This document shows positions 26,402 through 39,889 of a stretch of DNA of 64,000 nucleotides, piece by piece. Below the pieces are notes generated by a model. That model did not search any database, was not told the origin of the DNA, and saw only the letters and a list, made by a program, of their open reading frames with translations. Each line of letters opens with the position of its first letter. The stretch's first letter is position 1. Position numbers and translations under genes: made by a program. The DNA is from Octopus sinensis. Lineage: Eukaryota. The stretch lies in NCBI RefSeq assembly GCF_006345805.1, contig NC_043005.1, positions 46,066,001 to 46,130,000 on the forward strand. The letters are read 5' to 3'.

Positions 26402-27434
26402 TTACATGTTTATTTTATGATGTAAGTGATGTATAGAAATATCGCTTATCGTACGAAAAACTGGAAACACATTATTCTAAACGAATGAATAAAATTTGAA
26501 TGATGAGTAATAAAAAAGTGAAACTCGCTATCTTCATTTCGTGTTCATATCGATCCTTCCCTATGGTCAGAAATGTTGGATAATGATCGTCTGACTGCAG
26601 TGCCTGGGGTTACGGATGATACTAATATCTGTAAATATTTTAGGGCGGCGAGCTGGCAGAGTTGTTAGCACACTTGGCAAAATGCTTAGCAGTATTTCGT
26701 CCGTATTTAAGTTCTGGGTTCAAATTCCGCCTAGGTCGACTTCACCTTTTATCCTTTCGGGGGGGCGGGGTCATGAAATAAGTACCATGTTAAACACTGG
26801 AGTTGATGTAAACCTCTTAACCTCTTCCCCCGAACTTGCTGACCTTGAGTCAAAATTTGAAACTGATATTTGTATACTCTTTACTCTTTTACTTGTTTCA
26901 GTCATTTGACTGTGGCCATGCTGGAGCACCGCCTTTAGTCGAGCAAATCGACCCTAGGACATATTCTTTGGAAGCCTAGTACTTATTCTATCGGTCTCTT
27001 TTGCCGAACTGCTAAGTTCCGGAGACGTAAACACACCAGCATCGGTTGTCGAGCGAGGTTGGGGAGACACACACACACACATATATATATATATACATAC
27101 ATATATGCGACAGATCCACTCACAAGGTTTTAGTCGGCCCGAGGCTATATTAGAAGACACTTGCCCAACGTGCCATGTGGTTCGTAAGCAAGCTACTTAC
27201 CACATAGCCACTCCTACACCTATGTTTGTTTTTTTTTTGTTTTGCTTTTATGTTTATCAAGAGTTAGTGAGAGGATTGCCTTTTATCGTTACAATGTTTT
27301 ATGGTTTGCAGGAAGGTTAACGACCCAGGCACAGCTGGTTATAATTAGTGATCAATCTACTATATTGTTGTATCTCAGGAGGGCCATTGCACCAATAATA
27401 AACACATGCACTGGTTTTATTTCCTTTGTTTTTT

Positions 27435-27675
27435 ATTATATTATACGTCAACAAGTTAAACATTTAACCAATTAGCAAATCGATTGTTTGGTTAATCGTT
27501 CGGTTAATTAATCAATAGGCTTCGTTGGTCATAGTTGAGAGTGCATGTCATTAGTGGAGTCGCGAAGGGCGACCAATGGATTTTGATGAACCGAGCAAGT
27601 TGAGTGATTGACCGAATGATTAACTAATCAATCGGTTAACTTAAATGGTTAACTAGCTGACTAATAATAATATTA
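27435..27675. mobile_element. Degenerate MITE with ~75-bp inverted arms
   Basis: gttaatcgttcggttaat versus attgaccgaatgattaac and flanking inverted similarity. Confidence 0.45.
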
Positions 27676-28050
27676 AGGATAATGATGATAATGATAACTA
27701 TGATATCAATAATAATGACGATAACAATGATGATGATGACGACGATGACAACAACAACAACAACAATAATAATCCTTTCGACTATAGGCACAAGGCCTTA
27801 AGTTTGAGGGAGGGGACTAATCGATATATCGACCTCAGTGTTTCACTGGTACTTAATTTATCAACTCCGAAAGGATGAAAGGCAAAGTCGACCTCGGCTA
27901 ACGATTCTGCAAGACTCGCCACCTTAATAATAATAATATAATAATAATAACAATAATGATGATGATGATGATGATAAATGCCCTGATGCAGTACCAGACA
28001 GTGGCTCTCATGGCTTCTGATCTTAACTGATTGGAAGTGCTATCATGTAT

Positions 28051-28430
28051 CCTCTGTGTGAAAAGTCTGGCTGCATACACGTTAGCATATGTCAGGTGCA
28101 TACAATTGACAACACAGTTAATTAAGATTTATTCAGTGAGTTCTATTCAACACATGTTTACATGTGGAATTAGCAGAATCATTATTAACTTTAGTTTTGG
28201 CCGATAAAGTTGAACTGAAAAACCCTACAACGAGGCGTGAATTGCACGAAGCTGTCTTGCAGTCTTGAGAAGAGTTATCGGAGCGAAAAATTCGTGGATG
28301 TATTCAACATCAAACACGTGTTCGGCGTCAAATAGTTGATTGCCGTGGTGGTAACAGATTCGTGTAATAAAATTTGTGTTTATTTTTGTTTCATAATATA
28401 TATTTTTTCGGATGCAGCCAGACTTTTCTG
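28051..28430. mobile_element. Tc1/mariner-like deletion derivative
   Basis: Inverted gaaaagtctggctgcat / atgcagccagacttttc; internal LADKVELKNPTTRRELHEAV transposase-like remnant. Confidence 0.5.
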
Positions 28431-29080
28431 GTATAAAAGATGGGCTACAGCAAATATTCTGCTCAATACCACAGATTTGCTAATCAGTTGTTTGACCTTA
28501 ACCAGTTGACAATGTCCCGATTTGTGCATCTCTGATCATGAGCAGAAGTAGTGTGGGAAATCATGACCGTGTGTTGAAAGGAATTCTTGGAGATTTGGAT
28601 GATTCACCTTTGGAAACATGGGTGGTTCATTCAACATCCTTAAGCAATCCTTGTTCAGAGACCTTTTGAGCGGGATGGGCTACTCGACCAGAAGAAAATT
28701 CTAACTGGGCCCCACCTGCAAGGTCGTGCGATGTTTACCTTGATATGACATCACCATGTCGCGCACATATGGTTGTGATGCATGTGCCTGGTTTGCCCTT
28801 ATCAGACGGGTAATGATGGGTATACTGGGCTTTCGTATATTTTACCCCAGTGTCACTTTGATGGCATGCACTCAACAACAACAACAACAACAATAATAAT
28901 AATAATGATAATAATACTTATTACCAAGCTAACATGGCAGTCCAAGAAAATAGGACGAATGCTGCCGTTGATTAGGTCCAAGAGGCCATCGCCTCTAGCT
29001 AGCTATGTGACATGCAAACCTGTGTCCATTATAACCTTCGAACAGGGGAGGTCAACAGCTTCCCCTTGCTGGTTTGACAG

Positions 29081-29121
29081 CCACAGACTAGTTTCGGGGT
29101 AGTTGCCCCTTATCAATGTGG
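29081..29121 (-). ncRNA. Degenerate minimal hammerhead ribozyme
   Basis: Reverse complement: CCACA-ttgataa-GGGG caacta CCCC-GAAAC-TA-GTC-TGTGG; stems I, II and III intact; core differs from CTGATGA at 2 positions. Confidence 0.62.
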
Positions 29122-29228
29122 AGTAGCCGAACCCTGCAGGCGTCGCTGCTGATAATCTGTTCGAAGGTTTATTTACCTAAATTCAGTGAAAAACATCCAC
29201 TGGTTTTCAAAAATAGAAATATTAGTAT

Positions 29229-29642
29229 AGGCGCAGGAGTGGCTGTGTGGTAAGTAGCTTGCTAACCAACCACATGGTTCCGGGTTCAGTCCCACTGCGT
29301 GGCATCTTGGGCAAGTGTCTTCTGCTATAGCCCCGGGCCGACCAATGCCTTGTGAGTGGATTTGGTAGACGGAAACTGAAAGAAGCCTGTCGTATATATG
29401 TATATATATATATGTGTGTGTTTGTGTGTCTGTGTTTGTCCCCTTAGCATCGCTTGACAACCGATGCTGGTGTGTTTACGTCCCCGTTACTTAGCGGTTC
29501 GGCAAGAAAGAGACCGATAGAATAAGTACTGGGCTTACAAAGAATAAGTCCCGGGGTCGAGTTGCTCGATTAAAGGCGGTGCTCCAGCATGGCCGCAGTC
29601 AAATGACTGAAACAAGTAAAAGAGAATAAAAGAGAAAGAGAA
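29229..29642 (+). mobile_element. SINE family A (young) inserted into the retrozyme-like monomer
   Basis: Full head-to-tail match to other family A copies. Confidence 0.88.
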
Positions 29643-30019
29643 TTTAAAATCTTTCTAAAGGAGACTACGGCCGCCAAGCTAACAGGGCAGTCCAGGAAAA
29701 TAGGACGTTAATTTTTGCTCCTGTCACCGCTTCATATTCCTGTAGTGAAATAGGTGAAACAGAACCAGTGCATGCGTTTATTGTTGGCATAATGACTCTC
29801 TAGAGATACAAAAAAAAATCTGTTTTAACGCATGAGTTCACATCAAAAATCTTCCAAACCAAAAACAACCCTCACCCAAATCTAAGTAGAAACTATAATG
29901 TTGTTTCCTTTTGTTGTCCATGTGTCTACGTGTCTGTGTTTTTAGTGAATGACCATTAAATATCTATGAATTTCCTTTAGAATAATTATTGATATATGTG
30001 AAACTCTTCTTTTATTTCA

Positions 30020-30640
30020 TCATTTATTAAAGGATTGTTATGGAGGCCATTCAGTGACTATATTTTACCGCATGAACAATCACATTGTGTACACAATTAG
30101 AATGTGATTTAATGGTAATTGTTACACTGCTGGTGACAGTGAAGCAATCGATATTGAAATAGACCAGTCATAGGCAAACTGCGGCCCGCAGGATTTTTTA
30201 ATGGCTCGCCAACGAAAAATTACTTTGAATTGCTTTCGTTCTTTTAGCTGTGCAACCCGCTTGAAAACAGTTGTCCATACCTGAAATAGATCAATGTGAA
30301 GTGAAATATAGATATCTTATAATTTGTATGAGGACACGTTGATGGCTACACAGCAAGAACCAAATATCTTAAGGAAACTTTGTTAAAAATCCACTAATAT
30401 ATCTTATCTTAATTCATTAGAAGAGCAAAAGTTTATTTCTGCCGTCAGATTCAGCGATGTAAGGTAACATCACTTAACGTATGACCGGTAAAATAGAAAG
30501 GAATTATTGTAAGAAATGAAACAAATCTCGAACGACGGGTGTGGAATGATTTGTAATGAATTTCAACCATATAATTCGAATCCTGAATCAAAAGCTGAGG
30601 TACGAGAAGTTTACACAAAGATGAGGTTTCACGTTTATTT
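30020..30640 (+). repeat. Representative long copy of the locally amplified ~1-kb unit
   Basis: Collinear motifs aatgtgaagt..agatatctta, tagat(c/t)cagcgatgt, aattatt.taagaaatgaa and gaatc.tgaa, shared with about 20 other fragments in 1-47 kb. Confidence 0.7.
30165..30283. mobile_element. Miniature hAT MITE (119 bp)
   Basis: CAG..GGCAAACTG / CAGTTGTCC..CTG termini; 8-bp TSD aaataga(c/t). Confidence 0.7.
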
Positions 30641-30984
30641 CGATTTCGATTAGACCTGAATGTCCTCACATATGCACTAACTATCCTTTCTAATTTTGAA
30701 GGCTAACAGTTTTGAGGGAAAGGGAAGTCGATCATTTGGCACCTTGGTAACTGTCTTCTATAACCTTAGGCCAACCAAAGACTTGTGAGCGGATCTGGTT
30801 GACGATATTTCAATATCACATCGACCCCAGAGCTCAACTGGTACTTATTTTATCGACCTAAAATGGATGAAAGGCAAAGTCGACCTCGGTGGTATTTTAA
30901 CAAAGAACGCGAAGCCAGAAGAAATGAAACGCATCTGGCCATTTTGTTGGCGTGGTAACGATTTCTACCAGCTCACCACCTTAA

Positions 30985-31205
30985 CCCTTTAGCATTCAGA
31001 TTATTCTGTTGAAACTAATACTCATTTATTCACATTGTTTTGAATTAATCGGGCTTTATGTTGTGACTTTTGGTATCTTGATGATGTGATTGTTTACATT
31101 TAGAATGACGTTGTAGGATGAGTATGAAAGGTTAAACTTGGCTGGTTTGAACGTAAAACAGGAAGACTATCTTGGCCTGATTTGGTCGGTTTAAATGCTA
31201 AAGTG
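30985..31205. mobile_element. piggyBac-like MITE
   Basis: TTAA|CCCTTTAGCATT start; homologous to 54960-55411 and 63618-63797. Confidence 0.6.
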
Positions 31206-31914
31206 ATAACACGCACTGAATACAGTATCATAATTTGCTTCTTAATCTGACAAGTTTCAGTCGTCGAGTTTATTTTTTGGTAGATTTTTGTTGCTTACTT
31301 TTAATCCTTCTTTGTCGTTTTTGTATTAATTGTTGCTGAATCGATTGTATTAATTTCAGTTAGACAACTATTTAAAATGTGGTATGCTAAAAAAAAGTAC
31401 AAACTTGATATTTCACATTTTTGTTCAAATTCATATCTTTTAATATTAAAGATATTCTGCGCCAGAAATGGATTTCTCTGCAGGACCTCTTGTATGAAGG
31501 TACTCAATAGGATACATAGCTCGTGTCTGTGAATGCCTTTGACGTCACAATAATAAAATGCTTTCCAACAATATATTTGAGCATGAAATGAAATGAATTT
31601 CTTCTTTTGCTTTCATTGCAATTGATAAAAAAATATTAGTTTCATAATTTGTTTCTAGAAATACTTCCATAAAAAAAAAATGATAGTGAAAAAGCATTAC
31701 TAGATAGTAATTCAAAACAAGGGAAGGGTTGCGGAAATATTTGTGATCGCAAGGGAAGATATGTGGCCGGAGAGTCTGAGGACCTCCCTTCTACAATAAC
31801 AACGACCGCATGATGTATATAATTAAAATATAACATTTATAGTAGTTGTAGTGTTAAACCAATGCATTAATATGAAATTAATTACATTTCGATATCTTGA
31901 CGAATACAAGCAGC

Positions 31915-32316
31915 CGAATACAAGTGTTCCTCTGAAGAATCTCTGGAGTAACGTTACTCAACAGGATGCATAACTTGAAGATTAGGGAGTCTCTCCAAAG
32001 TCGGGTCACTACTTGTTCACACCGAGAGATCACGACTCCGGCACTATGGACATGTGATTAGAATGTCGCAAGTAAGAATTGCGAAACAGATTCTTCAAGC
32101 TGAGCTGACCGGCGGGAGACCCTAGGGGTAGACCAGGAAGGAGATGGTTGGTCAATATCCATAGCCTTAGTTTGTCCCGCTTGGGATCCAGCTAGAAAAT
32201 CTAATGATAGTCACTTCCGATAGGGCCTCAATGAAGAGGTGCCTGAGTACTCTATTCTCACGACCCTACCTAGAGTAACGAGCAGAGAAGATGGATGGAT
32301 GGATGGACGGACGGAC
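31915..32316 (+). mobile_element. LINE 3' end (RTE/L2-like) with (GGAT)n tail
   Basis: GH..RM..GRP.GRP-like remnant followed by a gatggatgg tail; inverse homolog at 40600-41010; partial copy at 35955-36075. Confidence 0.65.
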
Positions 32317-32889
32317 GTTAGTTCGGGACCTCAGATCTATAAATAATTAGATCGCAGGATTATTTTAAAGAAACGTTCGCTAAAATCCATATGTATCTCG
32401 TGTATTAAATTCTTAAAAAATAGTTTTGTGATTAGATTATGTGGTGCATGCTAACATCACTTAACACATGCTAAACTGGAATGAAATTATTTTAAGAACT
32501 GGGATAAAACTCGAGTGTTAGGTTTGATAGTTAATTTCATTAAGGAATTAAAAGAAAATTGTTTAAATCACGAGCCACCTTCACCATGTGATATTCTCGA
32601 AAAGAAATCGTTTTAGCTTCACTAATTCTTCTAAAACGAAATCTTATAAAACGTTTTTTCAAAAATCTTACTTGCTTGTTTTTTTTTTTCTGTTTTTATT
32701 TTTGGTTTGAGCTGAGTCATTTCGTAAAACGGTTTTAACAGAAGCTATTACAATTTCGATAAAACATATCAGAATATAGTATTCTGGGTTGCCAAAATTA
32801 TGGAGTATAAAATAATGCACAAGATTTTAAGACTGAAATAATATATTCCGTCCATCCATCAACTGAGAATTACACTGATTCCTCAAATA

Positions 32890-33702
32890 TCGATTTCAAA
32901 TTTTGGCACAGTCAACAATCTGGAGGGAAGTGTTAAGTCGATTACATCGACCCCAGTGCTCAACTGGTACTTATTTTATCGATCTTGAAATGATGCAAGG
33001 CAAAGTCAACCTCGGCGGAATTTGAACTCAGAATACTAAGACGGACGAAATGCCACTAAACATTTTGCCCGGCGAGCTAACAATTCTGCCACCTCACTGC
33101 CTTTGATTACTCTAATATTCTTTTCTACTCTAGGCACAAGGCCTGAAATTTTGAAGGAGGGGGGCAGTCGATTAGATCAATCCCCAGTATGCAACTGGTA
33201 TTTAATTTATCGACCCTGAAAGGATGAAAGGCAAAGTCGACCTCGGCGGAATTTGAACTCAGAGCATAAAGACAGACGGAATACCTATTTCTTTACTGCC
33301 CACAAGGGGCTACACATAGAAGGGACAAACAAGGACAGACAAACGGATTAAGTCGATTACATCGACCCCAGTGCGTAACTGGTACTTATTTAATCGACCC
33401 CGAAAGGATGAAAGGCAAAGTCGACATCGGCGGAATTTGAACTCAGAACGAAGCGGCAGTCGAAATACCTATTTCTTTACTACCCACAAGGGGTTAAACA
33501 CAGAAGGGACAAACAAGGACAGACAAACGGATTAAGTCGATTACATCGACCCCAGTGCGTAACTGGTACTTAATTTATCGACCCCAAAAGGATGAAAGGC
33601 AAAGTCGACCTCGGCGGAATTTGAACTCAGAACGTAACGGCAGTCGAAATACCGCTAAGCATTTCTCCCGGCGCGCTAACGTTTCTGCCAGCTCGCCGCC
33701 TT
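32890..33702 (-). mobile_element. Tandem or nested array of family C SINEs
   Basis: Four gtcgacctcggcggaatttgaactcag-type cores; two ~184-bp head-to-tail units joined at aatac|ctatttcttta. Confidence 0.85.
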
Positions 33703-36609
33703 GTGAAGGGTGAAATGTAACAGTTTAGACATGTAATATCTCAAATTTACAGTCGTTTCTCTACTTCTGTTTTCGTTATCGTTTATCTCCCCGTCAGTCC
33801 TCAATGAACATACCTAACATTCAAAGGCCTTCCCACCGTGACCATTCCATCAGTTTGATGATGCAATAGACACTTACAAAAACTAATGTAAAGTTAAATA
33901 TACTTTGATATTTTACATTAATTCAAGAACAGATAACAGACAGACTCGTGAAGTTGCCGAGTGGTAGGGAACCCAGAGTTTGGAAAAGGTCACTTGGAAG
34001 GGCTCCACGACGATGGGAAGACGATTTGGTCAAACAGTTTGAGTCAAGATGGAAAAGAATGGCGCAATCAAGACAAAATTGGAAGTGCATTGTGACCAGC
34101 GGTGTATAACAGCATCTGGTAGCCTGGTCGATATTGTGACACTGTGAATACGAGGACAGAAAGCAGTAACTAAACAAAATGATATAGTCTTAATGAAACA
34201 CTCGGATCTTAAATCATTAAATTAACAAATGCTTATTTATGATGTTAGATCCAGCGGTTGTGGATGCTAACGGCATTTAAACATACAGCAAATGGAAATA
34301 ATTATTTTAAGAAATGAAGTTGAAGAATCTTATTTGAATCATGAATCCAACACTGGAATTTGTGATTAACGGTGAGAAAAGTGACACCATCACATTTTGA
34401 CAGCTTCACCCAATAAATCCTCAGAAGTACATGACTGTTAAAACCTCTTTCTCTGAAATAAAACTTTAGCTTTCATACCATTAAGATAAATCCCGTTATT
34501 TTGTGTTGTTTTATCCCAAGTCTTTCTTGATTAATTAGATCTAATATTGAAGATGTTCCAAACTTTATCAGCCTGCTAGTGACGTAACTAGGGTATGTAC
34601 CGCTCGGGACAGCCCCTGAGTGTGTCTCCTACCAATACAGCCTATATAGGATTATACAGCAGACCCAAAAGTGCCGCCCCACTCCTAGGTACCCTACAGC
34701 ATCCCGCCTTTATTTATCGATACTGAATCGGTTGATGTAATTAGCTTTAATGAATGCTGTAATAATTTCATTTATACACTTATCTAAATGTGATATTTTA
34801 AAAACTGTACAAACTTAATATTTTAGAGTTTTTTCTAATAACTTTTGATATTTATGATATCTACCCATATGCATTAATTAATTGATATTTTCTGTGAGAT
34901 CCTGCTATGTTGATGCTTTTCAGTAACAAGGACCATACAGCGTATATTATTAAAAAATTACGATTGGTAATGATGATATTAGATCAATAAGTAAGTAGGC
35001 TAGTGTGAAATTAAATATATTAGGATATCTTGACGTAGGTTCTCGACCGCAGGTCTATAAAGAAAAGAATCTTTGTATTGTCTTAAAGAATGTATGTTGT
35101 ATCATAATTAGGTCAAGCGATGTATGCCAATGTCATTTAACATACGATAAATTGGAATGAAATTATCTTAAGAACTGAAATAAATCTTGACTGTTAGGTT
35201 TGATAATTTGATTAATGAATTAAAAGAAAATTGTTTAAATCATGAACCATCTTCACTGCAAATATTCACGAAAAGAAATATTCACCAACTCATCTAAAAA
35301 GAAATCTTGTAAAATGCTCTAAAAGAAAAAAAATGAGCCGAGTCAGTTACTTGTATGGTTTTAATAGTGCTATAACAATTTCAGTAAAACATGTTAGAGC
35401 ATGATATTCTGGATTACTGAAGGTATGAGGCATAAAATAATGCACAAGGTTTTGAAATTGAAATATATTCAAAGAGGAACTATAAACTTAAAGATCGCAA
35501 AGAAAACCAGTACTCACTTCTAGATTAAAGAAGAAAGGAGAATTGATCTTAATCCACACTTAAAGTACACACACTTTCGGGTTCTGAATAGAATAGTAAA
35601 ATTTTATGCACCTTTGTCGGCAAATCCAACACTACATATTCGGTGTCTATTGTTTTACAAATAAAATATAAGCTAAACAATAAACGTCGATTGTGACGTC
35701 ATAATTACATCCCTTAACGAATTTGATGTATATTACTCGAATTGCGATTCAGACGCTGGACAGTAAAGAGAAGCGTTATAGCATATCTCCTCGGGAACCG
35801 ATGAAACTCATAACATGTTAATGTATCTGAACATGTAATTTCATGTGTAAGAAATCGTGTTTTTTTTTTCATTCTGGTGCAAAACTAATATGGATATCAA
35901 CATTGCCGTTACATTTGTTTGTATATACTTATATATTTTTACTTATTAATTAAGATGGAGGAGTACAAGCGACTGAAATGGAATTCCCCGAAAGATCTCT
36001 GGAGTAACGTTACTCAATAGCGTGTGTAATTCGTAGGTCAGGGACTCTCTTCAGCCCGAGCCGTTACTTCTCCTCATTCTTTTGCCGTGTTTGGCGGTAA
36101 TTAATTGCAGAATGTTGAGACAGCCGAGTGAGATGTGTCTCTATTTTTGCTACACCAGACAGCCCACGTAGACGGCTCAGACAGATTACCAAGAACCTCC
36201 GTGGCCACGAATATAACACAATTGTTTCCAGTTATCTTGGGCAAGCCGCGTGTTGCCATATCGATAGCTAACCATAAATTTCGAGCAGTATATCTCTCCT
36301 AGTTTATAATTATGGCTGTAGTTATTTGTAAAAGACCCATGCAGTTTGACTTTATGTGCGATAATGAAATATTCTGTTAAATGTTCGCGGGTGTTGTTCG
36401 GTTAAATCTACACGCAACCTAAGAAACATTTCCATTCATCAACTCAACCAGTCACGTTCACAGATCAGCCAACAAACACTCAAGCGTCGTTTTCTAAGTG
36501 TGTGTGTGAGTGAGTTTTGTTTTACTGTCTCCTGCGCGCACCAGTCGTTTAAGTAACTCTTGATTTGTCTGTTTCCTATCTGTGTAGTGTGTTAATGGTA
36601 TTCAGTGTT

Positions 36610-37020
36610 ATTTGTGATGGTTGGCTGTCTTTAATATCCTTTATTGTTTTTCAGGAGATGCTGGATTTGCTAATTTCTTCTTCGAACTGGATTCTTGGAG
36701 AGAGATTGCTGATGTACATTGTTCATGTATGGTTAGAGTAATTATGGATTTTTTTTCTGGAGAACAGTGGAAGGAGTGACCATGATGTCACCAACATAGA
36801 GGTAGTTTTGTAGAAGTGTGAGAGGTCTGGTAAGCATTGATCAAAAAGAGCAGGTAAAAGGATGGATCCTTTCATAGTCCAATCCGGAAATTCAGTTCTC
36901 ATTTACTGCATTGGCGTAACGACATAAAGGAAAGTTTGTTTGCCAGAGTTTTGAATCACTACTTAAAGAGACCTTTGATATTTGGGGTATGAATTGGTAG
37001 TGGTAAATCGAGTTAAGAGT
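36610..37020 (-). pseudogene. Decayed LINE reverse transcriptase fragment
   Basis: Minus-strand NYLYVGDIMV (YADD-like) preceded by a KGSILLPALF (QG.PLSP.LF-like) motif. Confidence 0.45.
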
Positions 37021-37902
37021 TTTTCACACTGTGTGGGAATTTTTTATTGTTGAAACGATCGTATGTTTATATGTAAGGGTTGTGGAGTAAACGCGCGTCG
37101 CTTAGTGGTTGAGGTATTCAACTCACAATCGTAAGATTGTGGGTTCGATACCCGGAGGTGCGATGTGTCCTTCAGTAAGATATTTTATTTCACGTTGCTC
37201 CACTTCACTCAGCTGGCAAAAATGAGTAGTACCTGCATTTCAAAGGGCCAATCTTGTCATATTCTGTGTCATGCCGAATCTCCCTGAGAACTATGTAAAG
37301 GGTGCGTTAGAGATGACGTGCTTAGTCACTTGCACGTTCATTTCGCGAGCAGGCTGTTCCATTGATCAGCTCAACTAGAACCTCCGTCGTCGAAACCGAC
37401 GGAGAGCCAGTTAAGGATTGCGAACAGCATGGCTGGTTAGTATTATAGCCTGAATTCATGTTGGGAATATAAATACAAGGGTGAATATTTCTAAGATATT
37501 TAAAAGTGACCACCAGAAGATGATACGTTTTGTGCAATGTTGTTTCATTTTTACACGAAGTTCATTTGGGACTTAGAAGTTAAATTATATCTGCTAGCTT
37601 AAAAGATAATAAAATAATTTAGTAAAACAACTTTTTAAGGATAACGTATATTAAATATTTCATCAGCAATATATTTTAAAATATTCTTTAGAATTTGTAT
37701 TGATATTTCTTTTATATCTTTAATTTTTTAAACTTTTAACTCGTCTCAGACATTGGACTGGCGTTATTATGGGCCATCGCTTTGATGGGTTTAGTCGAAA
37801 ATATCCCCACCTGGTAGGGGATATTTTCGCTTTTTGCCAAACCGCTAAGTTGCGGGAACGTAAACAAACCTACACCAGTTGTCTTACGGTGGTGGGGGAC
37901 AA

Positions 37903-37942
<40 letters not shown>

Positions 37943-38666
37943 TGGGATTCTTTCAGTTTCTGTCTGCTAAATCCACTCACAAAGCTTTGGAATTTGAACT
38001 CAGAACGTAAAGACAGGCGAAATTCCTCTAAGCATTTTGCCCGGTCTGCTAATGATTCTACCAGCTTGCCGCCTTAATAATGGAGAAAATATTAGACTGC
38101 GATTATGTTCTTTTATGGTTTAGCCTAAAAACGCAGCTGACCCAAATAAACAAATGAGCAAATACATTGAATCTATTGATCAGAGCTTCAGCAGAAAATA
38201 GAAACTTGCCAACAGTTTCCATTCCATAAGGAGTTGTTGGTCTCTGCCAGAAATTATGTGCTTCAGCAAAGATTAACCCCAAAACAGTTCAAACATAAAA
38301 GTGTCTGTACAAGACTTGTCCAAGTAACCCATTTCTTTAATTCTGTGGAATTGGAACAGCGTCTGCTTTAATCTTTCCTTTCACGAAGTACTGTAACGTT
38401 GTTTAATTTCATCATATTACTATTTTAATACTATTTCTCAATTTTCACGTCTGCAAACCGTTATATTATTTTATATAAATAAATCAAGCGATCTAATGTT
38501 TTTTTAAAATCTATATATAACTTTGTCACACATTTATTATTCTCTTTTCCTTCATTGCACTTTCTTTACTATTTGTAAACTGAATGTCTTAGCTTGCTCT
38601 GTGTGAATCCCCGTGCTGTTTAAATTAAAGAAACTTATGTTTCTAAAGTTGGTTTTTATGTATTAA

Positions 38667-39177
38667 CTAGCAGTATCGCCCGGCGTTGCTCGGGTTTGTA
38701 AGGGAAATAACTATATAAGCATTTTTAGAGAGTTACTTCCCTTATAGATGCCAATTCGGGCTTTCTTAGCCATTTCTGTTTTGGTGTCTTCAAGCCATGA
38801 AGTCGTTGTTCTAAAAGAACGCTGGTCTCCTTGACAACGCATTACGACGTTGATTTCTTTACACTCCCTTCCCCACAGCTTCACGAGGGAGGGAAGGGGG
38901 AGAAGCAAACAGGTGCAGCTGTGAGCGTGGACGCCAACTCCGCCGCCATCGACACACGAAAAATTATGCATTAAAATGGGATAAAAAATGATGTTAAATT
39001 ATTTTTAAAATCGTAGACTCATCGTTGACGCGCGCTAATAGCCAGACGGGCTCGATATGAATCACGACTATAAGATACCCGAATTTGGTTAAACTGCACC
39101 GCAAAATGTGGGAGGAGTTAGGAATCTAAATCGAAGGGGACAGACACTCACACAACTAGAGTTTTATATATATAGAT
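38667..39177 (-). mobile_element. Non-autonomous Helitron
   Basis: Same CTAG end and CCCGAGCAACGCCGGG hairpin as 8463; TCTATATATAT 5' end; different internal segment. Confidence 0.8.
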
Positions 39178-39674
39178 ATAATTGAATAACTTAAGGCAGC
39201 GCGCTGACAGAATCGTTTGCAGTATTTCGTCCGTCTTTACGTTCTGAGTTCAAATTTCGCCATGGTCGACTTTGCCCTTCATCCTTTCGGAGTCGATAAA
39301 TTAAGTACCAGTTGCGTACTGGGGTCAATCTAATCGACTGGCTCTCTCCCCAAAGTAGAAAAGAATATAATTGAATAACTTAAGTCAGCGAACTGACAGA
39401 ATATTTAGCAGCATTTCGTCCGTCTTTACGTTATTGATTAAATAGCCACTTAATATAGCGGTGTAACATTATTGGAAATGCCAATTTTACGTAGATTAGA
39501 AATGGGCCCCTAAACTTGTGGAGCCTTCGGGCAACTGCTAAGTGTGCCCACATCCTAAGACAGCACTTTCCACCTTTATGTTTTCAGTACCCGAAACTGA
39601 TTTTGATCGTTCTACGCATTTTCACCCCTACCTTCATAAAATGTCGCCAGAATTAAAAGTTTGATGGCTTAACC

Positions 39675-39748
39675 CAATGGTTCCTAACCGTTTCACTACC
39701 AAGGACTCCTTTTATTAAAATGAGTTTTCTCCTTTTAATATGCTCATC

Positions 39749-39784
<36 letters not shown>

Positions 39785-39889
39785 CACACACACACATATG
39801 AAATTTTGAATTTAGTTCACAGTCCCCCCACCCCCGTACTACCTTTGCGGACCACCAGGAGTCCGTGGACCACAGATTGGGAACCATTG
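39675..39889. mobile_element. hAT-type MITE
   Basis: CAATGGTTCC / GGAACCATTG TIRs; 8-bp TSD g(c/t)ttaacc. Confidence 0.75.

Larger units (their letters stand above)
28924..29707 (-). mobile_element. Retrozyme-like / Penelope pLTR-like monomer (~335 nt after removing an inserted SINE) with 34-bp terminal direct repeats
   Basis: ccaagctaaca(t/g)ggcagtcca(a/g)gaaaataggacg at 28924 and 29674; internal HHR; several hairpins. Confidence 0.6.

Noticed and set aside
7489-35701. Recurrent TGACGTCA (CRE) palindromes suggesting a CREB enhancer array
   Set aside because: Most lie inside the local repeat unit and several copies are mutated (TGACGTAA, CGACATCC), so they are explained by descent.
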